Below, one piece after another: positions 9,144 to 18,442 of a DNA stretch of 64,000 nt. Source of the stretch: an uncultured Lachnospiraceae bacterium. GTDB lineage: Bacteria; Bacillota; Clostridia; Lachnospirales; Lachnospiraceae. Location: contig CACZJD010000003.1 in the NCBI GenBank assembly GCA_902781325.1, positions 3,642 through 67,641 of the forward strand. Reading direction: 5' to 3'. The notes below the pieces were generated by a model. The model was not told the DNA's origin and searched no databases. It saw nothing but the letters and a program-made list of their open reading frames with translations. The translations under genes and the position numbers were made by a program. How positions within the stretch are numbered: the stretch's first letter is position 1; each line of letters begins with the position of its first letter.

Positions 9144-10763
9144 TTAGTTGTTGATGCCGTGATGGCAAGTTCTGGTTTCGCTGGTGATAGGAAGGAATGT
9201 ATAGCCTTCCTTGAGCGCATCCGTGATGAAGCGGTCCATCGTGGCAATAGTGAAATCTTTGATGTCATGGCAGAGGATGAAGGAATTCTCATAGGTGTGG
9301 ATTCCTTTCATCATGTTCTGGTACAGGACTTCACTGTCCGTAGTGTCGCCGGCGTCGCCGCTGGTGACGTTCCAGTCGACATAGATGTAACCCTTCTCGC
9401 CGGATTGTTTGGCCAGTTCGGACATGATTCCCTTGCTGTAGTTCGCGCTGATGGTGTTGGAAGCTCCGCCGGGGAAGCGGAAGATGTCTGTCCTGCAGCC
9501 GGTCTGCTCCTGAATGATGTCCTGCATGATGTTGAAGTCTTCCCAATAAGCGTCCGTGCTGGCGTAAATCTCGCTGTATTCGTGGGTGGCGGTATGAACG
9601 CCCACGCTGTGGCCGGCGTTGTATTCCGCGCCGATCAGGTCCTGATAGTCCTTATAAGCGGCGGTGACGAAGAAGGTCGCGAGGACCTTGTGGTCATCCA
9701 GGATTTTAAGGAGCTCTTCAGTGTATCTGCCGGGCCCGTCGTCAAAAGTCAGGTAGATGATCTTTTTGGGATCCGCTGTGGCAGGCTTTGCGGCTTGCGC
9801 GGCAGTGGCGCCTGCAGCAGCGTTTGCGGTGGACCCGGTGCCTGCGGCCCCGCCCGCAGCAGCGGCTTCTTCAGTGACTGGTGTGATGATGGCAGCCGCG
9901 GCTGCTTCATCGGCGGATACAGGAATTCTCTTGACAGTAACATATCTGCTCTGTTTTGCCACATTTCCCCATTCGTCCGACACAGTATAAGTGATGGTGT
10001 AAGTGCCGACCTGATCGGTGTCGACACTGCCTTCGGACTTGATCCTGTCGGAGACGTCTCCGTCGGCGTCATCCTCTGCCTGCACGTCGTCCTCCCAGGA
10101 CTGCCCCTGGAACAGGAAGCCCTCTTCCCCGGAAGGGAAGCTGAATACGGGGGCATTTCTGTCATCGTAGAAGATCTCACGTTCAGCGGTCGCTTTGTTC
10201 CCATACTGGTCGGAAACCGTATAGTAGACGCGGCCGTCCTTCTCTTCACTCACGACCTTCGAAGTGATGTCGCCGTCGTGGTTATCTGTGGCGGTGAATC
10301 CCTCCTCCTCGTAGGCGTGATGGGGGAGTGTGTAGTAATCATCAATGTGCTTGAGTTCGATCACCGGAGGGGTCGTATCGACTATGACGACGTCTCTGGT
10401 CGCGCTGGCCGAGAGCCACATAAACTTGGCGGAGTAGGTTACAGTGTAAGTGCCGGGCTCGTGGATGTTGACTCTCTCAGTAGACACCTTGACAGAGATC
10501 GGATGGTGGACGAAAGACAGGATAGACCCGGTAACTTCCGCATCAGCCCCCTGGTCCTTGTAAGGCTCCCCGCATTCCGATATCACGCTGGATTCTCCGA
10601 TCAGTTTAAAGTCGATCTTCCATTTATTAATGCCGAACACGAATATCAGAATGGCGGCTATGACAAGCGCTGCTATGATCAGGTAGTTTCTGACTGTGTC
10701 ATTTCCGTTTCGCTTTTTTGGCGAAGAGGCGGCGGAACTTCTATGAATTCTGTTTTCAGGCAT
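9144..10763 (-). CDS. Membrane-anchored polysaccharide (peptidoglycan-type) deacetylase with Ig-like (DUF5011-type) repeats
   Basis: N-terminal TM, repeated 'A.D..DGD.....GTY.ITY.V.D..GN' modules, Ala-rich linker, CE4 motifs TFDDGP, HTATH, FRFPGG, ILCHD. Confidence 0.88.
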   Translation of the reverse strand: MPENRIHRSSAASSPKKRNGNDTVRNYLIIAALVIAAILIFVFGINKWKIDFKLIGESSVISECGEPYKDQGADAEVTGSILSFVHHPISVKVSTERVNIHEPGTYTVTYSAKFMWLSASATRDVVIVDTTPPVIELKHIDDYYTLPHHAYEEEGFTATDNHDGDITSKVVSEEKDGRVYYTVSDQYGNKATAEREIFYDDRNAPVFSFPSGEEGFLFQGQSWEDDVQAEDDADGDVSDRIKSEGSVDTDQVGTYTITYTVSDEWGNVAKQSRYVTVKRIPVSADEAAAAAIITPVTEEAAAAGGAAGTGSTANAAAGATAAQAAKPATADPKKIIYLTFDDGPGRYTEELLKILDDHKVLATFFVTAAYKDYQDLIGAEYNAGHSVGVHTATHEYSEIYASTDAYWEDFNIMQDIIQEQTGCRTDIFRFPGGASNTISANYSKGIMSELAKQSGEKGYIYVDWNVTSGDAGDTTDSEVLYQNMMKGIHTYENSFILCHDIKDFTIATMDRFITDALKEGYTFLPITSETRTCHHGINN

Positions 10764-10790
10764 ATGTGTTTTCCTCCTTCGCAGGATTTA

Positions 10791-10820
10791 ACTATACTTC
10801 CTTTTTCGGGCAGGTGTCAA
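10791..10820 (-). promoter_or_regulatory. Putative sigma-A promoter of the deacetylase gene
   Basis: Minus strand TTGACA-N18-TATAGT upstream of an AGGAGG RBS. Confidence 0.6.
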
Positions 10821-10938
10821 TTCCTGCGCGGAAGGAAGGGAAGACCTGCGGGCAGTTGTTGCACACAGGCAGAGGATTGGGTAAGATTAATACAATCCTG
10901 AAATAATTAAGGAAAAGAGACAGGAAAGGATTTGGAAA

Positions 10939-11601
10939 ATGGATCTTACACCGGATATCAATGAAGTTATACGGTATCTGGGCTATCGCGGATCAGTCCC
11001 GGATGACAGTGTCCGCGCAGAGATCGGGGAATGCATCGGAGATTTACAGAAGGAGGTCACGCCCAGATTTGTATATGAGAAATTCCCGCTGTCTGTCAAA
11101 ACAGAGCAGGACGAAGCGCCGCTCCTGCGCCTTGGGGATCTGGAGATCCGGAGCAGGGATCTGGCAAAGAATCTGGACGGATGCTGCGGCGTCTACATGA
11201 TGGCTGTGACGCTCGGCCCCGGCCCTGACCGGCTGATCCGAAGGGCAAGCGTCGGGCAGATGAGCCGGGCGGTGATCCTTCAGGCGGCTGCGGCGGCCAT
11301 GACAGAGACCTGGTGCGACCGGATCAATGAAAGAATCCGGCAGGAGGCGGAACTCGACGGGCTCTGCACGCGGCCCAGATATTCTCCGGGATACGGGGAT
11401 TTGCCGCTGGAGTTGCAGAAGGATATCAGCAGGATCCTGAATATGCCCAAGGAGATCGGGGTAAGCCTTACGGATACGCTGCTCATGACCCCCAGCAAGT
11501 CCGTCACTGCGCTGATCGGGGTGTCGGACAGGCCGGGAGAGAGCCGGGGCAGGGGCTGCAGCGGCTGTAAAGCGTCCGCAAACTGCGCCTATAGAATCTG
11601 A
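10939..11601 (+). CDS. Stand-alone cobalamin-dependent methionine synthase reactivation domain
   Basis: RYSPGYGDLPL and PSKSVTA.IG motifs, C-terminal CxxC..C; directly upstream of a MetH lacking this domain. Confidence 0.85.
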   Translation: MDLTPDINEVIRYLGYRGSVPDDSVRAEIGECIGDLQKEVTPRFVYEKFPLSVKTEQDEAPLLRLGDLEIRSRDLAKNLDGCCGVYMMAVTLGPGPDRLIRRASVGQMSRAVILQAAAAAMTETWCDRINERIRQEAELDGLCTRPRYSPGYGDLPLELQKDISRILNMPKEIGVSLTDTLLMTPSKSVTALIGVSDRPGESRGRGCSGCKASANCAYRI

Positions 11602-11670
11602 GGGGAGCCGCGGACCGGAGAATGACCGGTTGTCGGATCTTTTAATCGGCATAGAGAAAGTGGGAATAAG

Positions 11671-14091
11671 ATGAGAAAAGATTTGCGAGAGCGCCTGGGA
11701 AAGGAATGGCTGGTCTTTGACGGCGGGACGGGGACGATCCTGCAGTCAAGGGGACTGCGGGGCGGAGAACTTCCCGAGACATGGAACATCAGAAGACCGG
11801 AGGATATCATAGACCTGCACAGCGGGTATCTGCGCGCCGGATGCGATATTTTCAATACCAATACATTCGGAGCAAACGCGCTCAAATTTCCTGATGATCT
11901 GGAGGAGATCGTGACCGCGGCCGTGAATCTCGCGAAAGAGGCGAGGCGCAGGTGCGGGCGGGAGGACGCCTATGTGGCGCTGGATATCGGACCCACAGGG
12001 AAACTTCTGGAACCTCTGGGAGATCTTCCCTTTGAGAAGGCTGTAGATCTGTTCGGTGAAGTGGTGAGATACGGGAGCCGCGCGGGCGCGGACCTGGTCC
12101 TGATCGAGACGATGTCGGACAGCTACGAGGCGAAAGCGGCGGTTCTGGCGGCCAAGGAGAACTGCGACCTGCCGGTCCTGGTCACCGTAACTTTTGATGG
12201 CCAGGGGAAAATGCTGACCGGCGGCAGCGTGGATTCCACAGCGGCACTGCTGGAAGGCCTTCATGTTGACGCAATGGGTGTAAACTGCGGCCTGGGACCC
12301 GAGCAGATGATCCCCATCGTAGAGAGGCTCACAGAGGTGTGCAGCGTACCTGTGATCGTCAATCCCAATGCGGGCCTTCCCCGCACAGAAGGCGGCAGAA
12401 CCGTTTACAATGTCGGGCCTGAGGAATTCGCTGACCGGATGGAAAAGATCGCCCGGATGGGCGTACAGGCCGTTGGAGGCTGCTGCGGCACGACTCCTGA
12501 GCACATCCGCCTGACGGCGGAGCGCGTCAAAAAGCTTCCGTTCAAAGAGCCTGTTAAAAAGCACAGAACGGTTGTCAGCTCTTTCTCTCAGTGCGTAGAG
12601 ATCGGAGGCAGGCCCGTGATCATCGGAGAGCGCATCAATCCCACCGGAAAGAAGAAATTCAAGCAGGCCCTTCGGGACAATGATATCGAGTATATCCTCA
12701 GAGAGGGGCTGCGGCAGGAGGATAGCGGCGCTCATATTCTTGATGTGAATGTCGGACTACCCGAGATTGATGAGCCGCAGATGCTGTCTGAAGTTGTTCA
12801 GAAGCTCCAGAGCGTGCTGGCGCTGCCGCTGCAGATCGATACCACGGATCCGGCCGCGCTCGAGCGGAGCATGCGCATCTACAACGGAAAGCCCATGGTC
12901 AACTCGGTCAACGGCAAAAAAGAGAGCATCGAGACGGTATTCCCCCTCGTCCGGAAATACGGAGGCGTTCTTGTGGCACTGGTACTGGACGAAGACGGGA
13001 TCCCTTCCGATGCTGAGGGCAGGATCCGCATCGCCCGCAGAATTTATGAGGCGGCGGACAGATACGGCGTTCCCAGGGAGGACATTGTGATCGACGGCCT
13101 TGCCATGACGATCTCTTCCGACAATACTTCCGCGCTGGTGACGCTGGAGACGCTTAGGAGAGTCAGAGATGAACTGCACGGTCATACGATCCTGGGCGTG
13201 TCCAATATTTCTTTCGGACTTCCCAGAAGAGCGGTGATCAATTCTTATTTCCTCGCGATGGCACTGCAGAGCGGCCTGTCGGCGGCGATCATGAATCCGG
13301 GAAACGAGGACATGATGGAAGCCTACAGGGCTTACTGCGCGCTGGCAGCACTGGATCCCCAGTGCATGCAGTTTATCGAGGCCTATGCGGGGACCAGCGA
13401 CAGGGCTCCTGCCGAAAAAACAGTCAGAGAGACAGACGGGATATCTGCCCCCGCAGGCGGATCCGCGAATACAGCCATGAGCCTTAGAGAGAGCGTCCTG
13501 AGGGGGATGGCCCAAAGCGCGGCGGAAGCGGCGAGAACTGCTCTTAAGGATACGGCGGCACTGGATCTGATCGACCGGGACCTGATCCCTGCCCTCGACC
13601 AGGTGGGAAAAGGCTTTGAAGCGGGAACAGTTTTCCTGCCGCAGCTTCTTATGAGCGCGGAAGCTGCCAAGGCGGCTTTTGAAGTGGTGAAGGAGTTCCT
13701 GCAGGGACAGCCCCAGGAAGTGAAGGGCAGGATCGTTCTTGCTACGGTGAAGGGGGATATCCACGACATCGGAAAGAACATTGTCAAAGTAATGCTGGAA
13801 AATTACGGCTACGAGGTCCTTGACCTGGGTAAAGATGTGCCGCCGGAGGTCATTGTTGACACGGCGGACAGAGAGAATATAAAACTGGTAGGTCTCAGCG
13901 CGCTGATGACCACGACAGTCGTGAGCATGGAGGAGACGATCCGTCTTCTGCGCGAAAAAAAGCCCGACACCAGGGTGGTGGTGGGCGGCGCCGTGATGAC
14001 GCAGGAATATGCGGACGCGATCGGCGCGGACTGCTATGCGAAGGACGCGATGGCAACGGTGCACTTCGCGGAAGAAGTGTTCGGAGCCTGA
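11671..14091 (+). CDS. metH: Cobalamin-dependent methionine synthase (Hcy, folate, cap and cobalamin domains)
   Basis: DGGTGT, GVNC, GGCCGTTP, IIGERINPTGK, DIHDIGKNIV, LSALMTTT. Confidence 0.92.
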   Translation: MRKDLRERLGKEWLVFDGGTGTILQSRGLRGGELPETWNIRRPEDIIDLHSGYLRAGCDIFNTNTFGANALKFPDDLEEIVTAAVNLAKEARRRCGREDAYVALDIGPTGKLLEPLGDLPFEKAVDLFGEVVRYGSRAGADLVLIETMSDSYEAKAAVLAAKENCDLPVLVTVTFDGQGKMLTGGSVDSTAALLEGLHVDAMGVNCGLGPEQMIPIVERLTEVCSVPVIVNPNAGLPRTEGGRTVYNVGPEEFADRMEKIARMGVQAVGGCCGTTPEHIRLTAERVKKLPFKEPVKKHRTVVSSFSQCVEIGGRPVIIGERINPTGKKKFKQALRDNDIEYILREGLRQEDSGAHILDVNVGLPEIDEPQMLSEVVQKLQSVLALPLQIDTTDPAALERSMRIYNGKPMVNSVNGKKESIETVFPLVRKYGGVLVALVLDEDGIPSDAEGRIRIARRIYEAADRYGVPREDIVIDGLAMTISSDNTSALVTLETLRRVRDELHGHTILGVSNISFGLPRRAVINSYFLAMALQSGLSAAIMNPGNEDMMEAYRAYCALAALDPQCMQFIEAYAGTSDRAPAEKTVRETDGISAPAGGSANTAMSLRESVLRGMAQSAAEAARTALKDTAALDLIDRDLIPALDQVGKGFEAGTVFLPQLLMSAEAAKAAFEVVKEFLQGQPQEVKGRIVLATVKGDIHDIGKNIVKVMLENYGYEVLDLGKDVPPEVIVDTADRENIKLVGLSALMTTTVVSMEETIRLLREKKPDTRVVVGGAVMTQEYADAIGADCYAKDAMATVHFAEEVFGA

Positions 14092-14113
14092 CCGGCTGTC
14101 AGGAAATGCCGGA

Positions 14114-14368
14114 TCAGCCCTCGACGATCAGATATCTGCCGTCACCGACATCAAATACTTCGGAGGCCTGCATGATATCTTCGCCTGTCATGTCGACTCC
14201 TGTCTCTTCAAAATATTTGCGGACAGCCCGCTTACCCTTGACGACGACGGCGAACATCATTTCCAGAAAATCGTCCGCCTCCTCAGGCGTTTCGGCGACT
14301 TTTTCGGGAAAAAGCTGCAGCTGGTTCGTGAGAAAACAATCGAGCACTTTTTTGTCATAATTAGCCAT
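14114..14368 (-). CDS. Small acidic hypothetical protein
   Basis: 84 aa, GGAGG RBS before ATG 14368, typical codon usage, ends GRYLIVEG. Confidence 0.7.
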   Translation of the reverse strand: MANYDKKVLDCFLTNQLQLFPEKVAETPEEADDFLEMMFAVVVKGKRAVRKYFEETGVDMTGEDIMQASEVFDVGDGRYLIVEG

Positions 14369-14478
14369 AGGTATACCCTCCATAAATCTGTTAAAATTAT
14401 TTCACAGACAGCGAGGAAGTTCAAGGAAGCGATCACAATTCCGCCCGCACAGGATGCGCCCGGAGGAAAGGAATAAAA

Positions 14479-15171
14479 ATGATAGATATCAGCAAACTGA
14501 CAGAAAAAGATTTGTGTTTCATGTTCGATCACACCAATCTGAAAGCCTTTGCCACCACCGCGGACATTACCAGGCTCTGCGAGGAGGCCAAGGAATACGG
14601 CTTTCGGATGGTCGCGATCAATCCCCTTCACACCCGCCTTGCCAGCTTGATCCTGAAGGGCAGCAACGTGCATGTAGGTCCCTGCATCAGCTTCCCTCTG
14701 GGGCAGAATACCATCGAGGAGAAGGGCACCGAGGTCCTTATGGCGATCTCCCAGGGCGCGGATGAGATCGACTATGTGACGAACATCACTGCAGTCAAGG
14801 ACGGAAACTGGGACTATGTCGAGCGCGAGATGACAACGATCGCGGATATCTGCCGCTCAGCCGGCGTGCTCTCCAAGGTCATCTTTGAGAACTGCTATCT
14901 CGAGAAATCTGAGATCGAGCATCTGGCCAAAATATCGCTGCGCGCGAAGCCTGATTTCATCAAGACATCCACCGGCTTCGGCACAGGTGGCGCCACCGTC
15001 GAAGATGTAGCTCTCATGAAGCAGGTTGTCGGCGATGATGTAGAAGTTAAGGCGGCGGGCGGCATCCGCGACTGGAAGACCTGCAAGGCCATGATCGAAG
15101 CCGGCGCGTCCCGCATCGGCTGCTCGGCCGGCATGCAGATCCTTGAAGGATTCAGAGCTGAGAGAAGCTGA
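14479..15171 (+). CDS. deoC: Deoxyribose-phosphate aldolase
   Basis: DHTNL, FPLG, GADEID, KTSTGF, VKAAGGIR. Confidence 0.9.
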   Translation: MIDISKLTEKDLCFMFDHTNLKAFATTADITRLCEEAKEYGFRMVAINPLHTRLASLILKGSNVHVGPCISFPLGQNTIEEKGTEVLMAISQGADEIDYVTNITAVKDGNWDYVEREMTTIADICRSAGVLSKVIFENCYLEKSEIEHLAKISLRAKPDFIKTSTGFGTGGATVEDVALMKQVVGDDVEVKAAGGIRDWKTCKAMIEAGASRIGCSAGMQILEGFRAERS

Positions 15172-16097
15172 AAAGCCCGTAATATTGAAAAAGTCAGCAG
15201 GTATTTTTCAGCGCTGGTGACAGCGTTGGCGCCGTCGGCGACAGCGGTCACGACCTGGCGGAGCTGCTTGGTGCGCACATCGCCTGCTGCGAAGACGCCG
15301 GGCACATTAGTGGCGCCGGTCTCGTCCGCGATGATGTAGCCCTTCTCGTCCATGGCAACGTGGTTGCGGGCGAATTCGCTGCGGGGCGTGATGCCTACGG
15401 CGATGAATACGCCGGAGACGGGGATGGTGCGCTCGCTCTTGTCAAATTTGTTGACGACAGTGGCCTTTTCGACTTTCATGCCTCCGGTGATGGACTTCAG
15501 GTTGGAATTCCAGACCATTTCCACGTTGGGAAGGGAGAGGAGATTCTCCTGCAGGATCTTCGCCGCGCGAAGCTCATCTCTGCGGTGGCACACATAGACC
15601 TTGTTGCAGCCGCGCGCAAGGAAAATAGCATCTTCTACGGCTACGTCGCCGCCGCCCACCACCAGGACATCCTTGCCGCGGTAGAAGGCTCCGTCGCAGG
15701 TAGCGCAATAGGACACGCCCATGCCGCCGTACTGATTCTCACCCTCTGCGCCGAGCTTGCTGTGCGTGGCGCCGGAGGCGATGATGACTGCCTTGGCTTC
15801 ATAAGTATCCTCGTCGGTGATCACTTTCTTGACCGGACCGGTGAGGTCGAGGCTCTGCACAAATCCGTTGACGGTCTCCACACCGAGCTTTTCGGCGTGC
15901 TCGGCCATCTTCATAGCCAGGTCCATGCCGGACAGACCCGGAAGGCCGGGATAATTGTCGATTTCATAGGTATCGATGATCTGGCCGCCGTTGACATAGT
16001 TCTGCTCGATGACAATGGCGTTCAGTCTCGCCCTTGAGGCGTAGATAGCGGCAGAGAGACCCGCGGGGCCTGCGCCGATGATGATCAGGTCATACAT
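14895..16097 (-). CDS. trxB: Thioredoxin reductase (conserved part ends near 15190; ORF reads on into deoC)
   Basis: GAGPAG, YCATCDG, GGGDVA, FAAGDV, QVVTAVADGA. Confidence 0.92.
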   Translation of the reverse strand: MYDLIIIGAGPAGLSAAIYASRARLNAIVIEQNYVNGGQIIDTYEIDNYPGLPGLSGMDLAMKMAEHAEKLGVETVNGFVQSLDLTGPVKKVITDEDTYEAKAVIIASGATHSKLGAEGENQYGGMGVSYCATCDGAFYRGKDVLVVGGGDVAVEDAIFLARGCNKVYVCHRRDELRAAKILQENLLSLPNVEMVWNSNLKSITGGMKVEKATVVNKFDKSERTIPVSGVFIAVGITPRSEFARNHVAMDEKGYIIADETGATNVPGVFAAGDVRTKQLRQVVTAVADGANAVTSAEKYLLTFSILRAFQLLSALNPSRICMPAEQPMRDAPASIMALQVFQSRMPPAALTSTSSPTTCFMRATSSTVAPPVPKPVDVLMKSGFARSDILARCSISDFSR

Positions 16098-16136
16098 AAG
16101 ATTCTCCTTGCTTACAGCTTATCAGCATAATGCGGA

Positions 16137-16454
16137 TCAGATGTTTTTCTCAAACTTATCCTTCATAGCGGGCTTCGGGATCGCGCCTACGACGCGGTCG
16201 ACGGGCTGGCCGTTCTTGAAGAAGATCATGTTCGGGATGCTCATGATGCCGTATTTCTGCGCGAGATCGCCGCACTCGTCGACGTTGACCTTGCCGACCT
16301 TGATCTTTCCTTCATATTCCTCTGCCAGCTTGTCAATGACAGGGCTCATCATCTTGCAGGGGCCGCACCAGTCTGCGTAGAAGTCTACAAAAACGGGAAG
16401 ATCGCTCTGAAGGACCTCAGCGTCAAAATTACTCTCATCAAATCTGTTTACCAT
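16137..16454 (-). CDS. trxA: Thioredoxin
   Basis: DFYADWCGPCK active site, 105 aa. Confidence 0.96.
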   Translation of the reverse strand: MVNRFDESNFDAEVLQSDLPVFVDFYADWCGPCKMMSPVIDKLAEEYEGKIKVGKVNVDECGDLAQKYGIMSIPNMIFFKNGQPVDRVVGAIPKPAMKDKFEKNI

Positions 16455-16508
16455 GGGTATCTCCTTTCTATATGTTAATTTTCATTTATTTTGGTTGCTT
16501 ACAAATAG

Positions 16509-16537
16509 ATTTTACACAATCTAATCAGAACTGTCAA
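16509..16537 (-). promoter_or_regulatory. Putative sigma-A promoter of trxA-trxB
   Basis: Minus strand TTGACA-N17-TAAAAT. Confidence 0.7.
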
Positions 16538-16667
16538 TACTATTCTTTGATGAATTAAACAGGCAGTTGTTGTATAATACCACTATACGATATTTTGGCG
16601 CGGAAGTTGAGTAAAACCTGTGCCGAAATAATGCTGTCAAGGTTAAATCAAGATCGGAGGAAGAGAT

Positions 16668-18011
16668 ATGGGTTATGCGGAAGAATATAAGCAGAAACTG
16701 GTGACAGCCGCGCAGGCTGCGGCAGTGATTCAGGACGGCGACTGGGTCGATTACGGCTGGTGCGCTACAACGAACGTCGCGGTGGACAGAGAACTCGCCA
16801 AGAGAATGCCCGAGATGCACGATGTGAAGATCTACGGCGGTATCCTGATGCACGCGCCTGAGATTTTCAAAATAGAGAATCCCCAGGAGCACTTCATCTG
16901 GAACAGCTGGCACATGAACGGCGTGGAGAGAAAGGCGGCCTCCACAGGGCTCAGCTTCTACGGACCGCTCAAGTATTCGGAGCTTCCCCGCTATTATCTT
17001 GACAGAGAGGATCCTCTGGACGTGGCGATCATGCAGGTCGGCCCCATGGACAGACACGGCTATTTCAACCTCGGTCCCAGCGCCAGCCACACCTATGCAG
17101 TGGTACAGATGGCGAAGAAGGTGATCGTGGAAGTCAATACGAGCATGCCTATCTGCCTCGGTGACAGAAGCGCATATGTTCATATCAGCGATGTCGATAT
17201 GATCGTCGAAGGCGACAACACTCCTATCGACGCGATGCCTCCGGCAAAGCCCGGCACGGAAGTGGACAAAGCCGTCGCCCAGCTGGTCGTGGACCGGATC
17301 CCCAACGGTGCATGCCTGCAGCTCGGCATCGGAGGAATGCCCAACGCGATCGGCAAGATGATCGCAGAGTCTGATCTGAAGGACCTGGGCATCCACACAG
17401 AGATGTATGTAGACGCTTTCGTAGATATGGCGGAAGCCGGCAAGATCACCGGCGCGCACAAGAACATCAACAGAGGCCTGCAGACCTATGCTTTCGGCGC
17501 GGGCACGAAGAAGATGTACGACTATCTGGATGGAAACCCCGAGTGCATGAGCGCTTCCGTTGACTATGTCAACAACGTGAAGCAGATCGGCGCGCTGGAT
17601 AACTTCATTTCCATTAACAACGCGGTTGACTGTGATCTGTACGGACAGATCAACGCTGAGAGCGCGGGAACAAAGAACATCTCCGGCGCGGGCGGACAGC
17701 TTGATTTCGTCATCGGCGCATATGCTTCGAAGGGCGGCAAGTCCTTTATCTGCATGTCCTCCACTTTCACAGACAAGCAGGGCAATCTCGTAAGCAGAAT
17801 CAGACCTACTCTGGCGAACGGCAGTATCGTCACAGATACCCGCGCGAACGCTATGTACATCGTGACAGAGTACGGCGTGGCGATGATGAAGGGCCGCACG
17901 ACCTGGCAGAGAGCGGAAGACCTGATTAACATCGCGCATCCGCAGTTCAGGGACCAGCTGATCGCGGAGGCGGAGAAGATGCACATCTGGAGACGCAGCA
18001 ACAAGAGATGA
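16668..18011 (+). CDS. but: Butyryl-CoA:acetate CoA-transferase
   Basis: [48 protein letters not shown] and C-terminal IWRRSNK, as in Lachnospiraceae But enzymes. Confidence 0.9.
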   Translation: MGYAEEYKQKLVTAAQAAAVIQDGDWVDYGWCATTNVAVDRELAKRMPEMHDVKIYGGILMHAPEIFKIENPQEHFIWNSWHMNGVERKAASTGLSFYGPLKYSELPRYYLDREDPLDVAIMQVGPMDRHGYFNLGPSASHTYAVVQMAKKVIVEVNTSMPICLGDRSAYVHISDVDMIVEGDNTPIDAMPPAKPGTEVDKAVAQLVVDRIPNGACLQLGIGGMPNAIGKMIAESDLKDLGIHTEMYVDAFVDMAEAGKITGAHKNINRGLQTYAFGAGTKKMYDYLDGNPECMSASVDYVNNVKQIGALDNFISINNAVDCDLYGQINAESAGTKNISGAGGQLDFVIGAYASKGGKSFICMSSTFTDKQGNLVSRIRPTLANGSIVTDTRANAMYIVTEYGVAMMKGRTTWQRAEDLINIAHPQFRDQLIAEAEKMHIWRRSNKR

Positions 18012-18051
18012 CCCGGACACGGGAACTGCGGGAGAAGACAGGAATACTTAC

Positions 18052-18086
18052 GCGGAGAGAGCGCAGCGCTCTCTCCGCTGTTTTTG
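18052..18086 (+). terminator. Intrinsic terminator of but
   Basis: GCGGAGAGAGCG-cag-CGCTCTCTCCGC followed by TGTTTTTG. Confidence 0.85.
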
Positions 18087-18175
18087 TATTATGAGAGCCG
18101 GAAAAAGAGGATATCTTTTGAATTGCCCATAATAAACTGAAAATTCAGAATATATTAAAGAATATTTGATATTAA

Positions 18176-18203
18176 TTGACAATTATGGCGAAGAGAGTAT
18201 AAT
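18176..18203 (+). promoter_or_regulatory. Consensus sigma-A promoter
   Basis: TTGACA-N16-TATAAT with AT-rich upstream region. Confidence 0.75.
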
Positions 18204-18209
18204 GAAAGT

Positions 18210-18352
18210 ATCAAATATATCCAAAGGAGGTACGGTCCAAAGTACAACTGAATATTTCCTAATCAAGAAAACTTTTGAAAACGGAGGTACAATCCATTGG
18301 ACAAGAATCATTGAAAAGGGGTGTTGGGCAGATCGTTCGGCACCCCTTTTCT
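18210..18352 (+). ncRNA. Candidate small RNA (or attenuated leader)
   Basis: Bounded by a consensus promoter and a terminator hairpin; two GGAGGTACnnTCCA repeats; no convincing ORF. Confidence 0.5.
18313..18352 (+). terminator. Terminator-like hairpin
   Basis: GAAAAGGGGTGTTGGGC-agatc-GTTCGGCACCCCTTTTC; G-U pairs only work on the + strand. Confidence 0.75.
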
Positions 18353-18442
18353 CATGGGTGGAATTGAAAACCCGGATAGGGTATAATGAACGCTGACAAG
18401 ATTTGTAAGGTTTTTGAATTCAAAGAGTCTTAAGGGGCATCA

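Noticed and set aside
9159-10901. 580-aa + strand ORF
   Set aside because: Antisense shadow of the deacetylase gene; no motifs, and expected from codon bias
10764-10938. SAM, T-box or cobalamin riboswitch before the metH operon
   Set aside because: No conserved aptamer motifs or terminator; much of the space is the divergent promoter
16521-18020. 499-aa - strand ORF
   Set aside because: Antisense shadow of but; same for 4501-5967, 12757-14064, 22483-23811, 30575-32128 and 44125-45459
18166-18396. 76-aa ORF in the but-regulator gap
   Set aside because: TTG start without RBS; runs across a consensus promoter and a terminator
18395-18409. BceR-like site TGACA-N-TGTAA before the response regulator
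   Set aside because: Spacer is 5 rather than 4 nt, and no BceAB-type transporter is nearby
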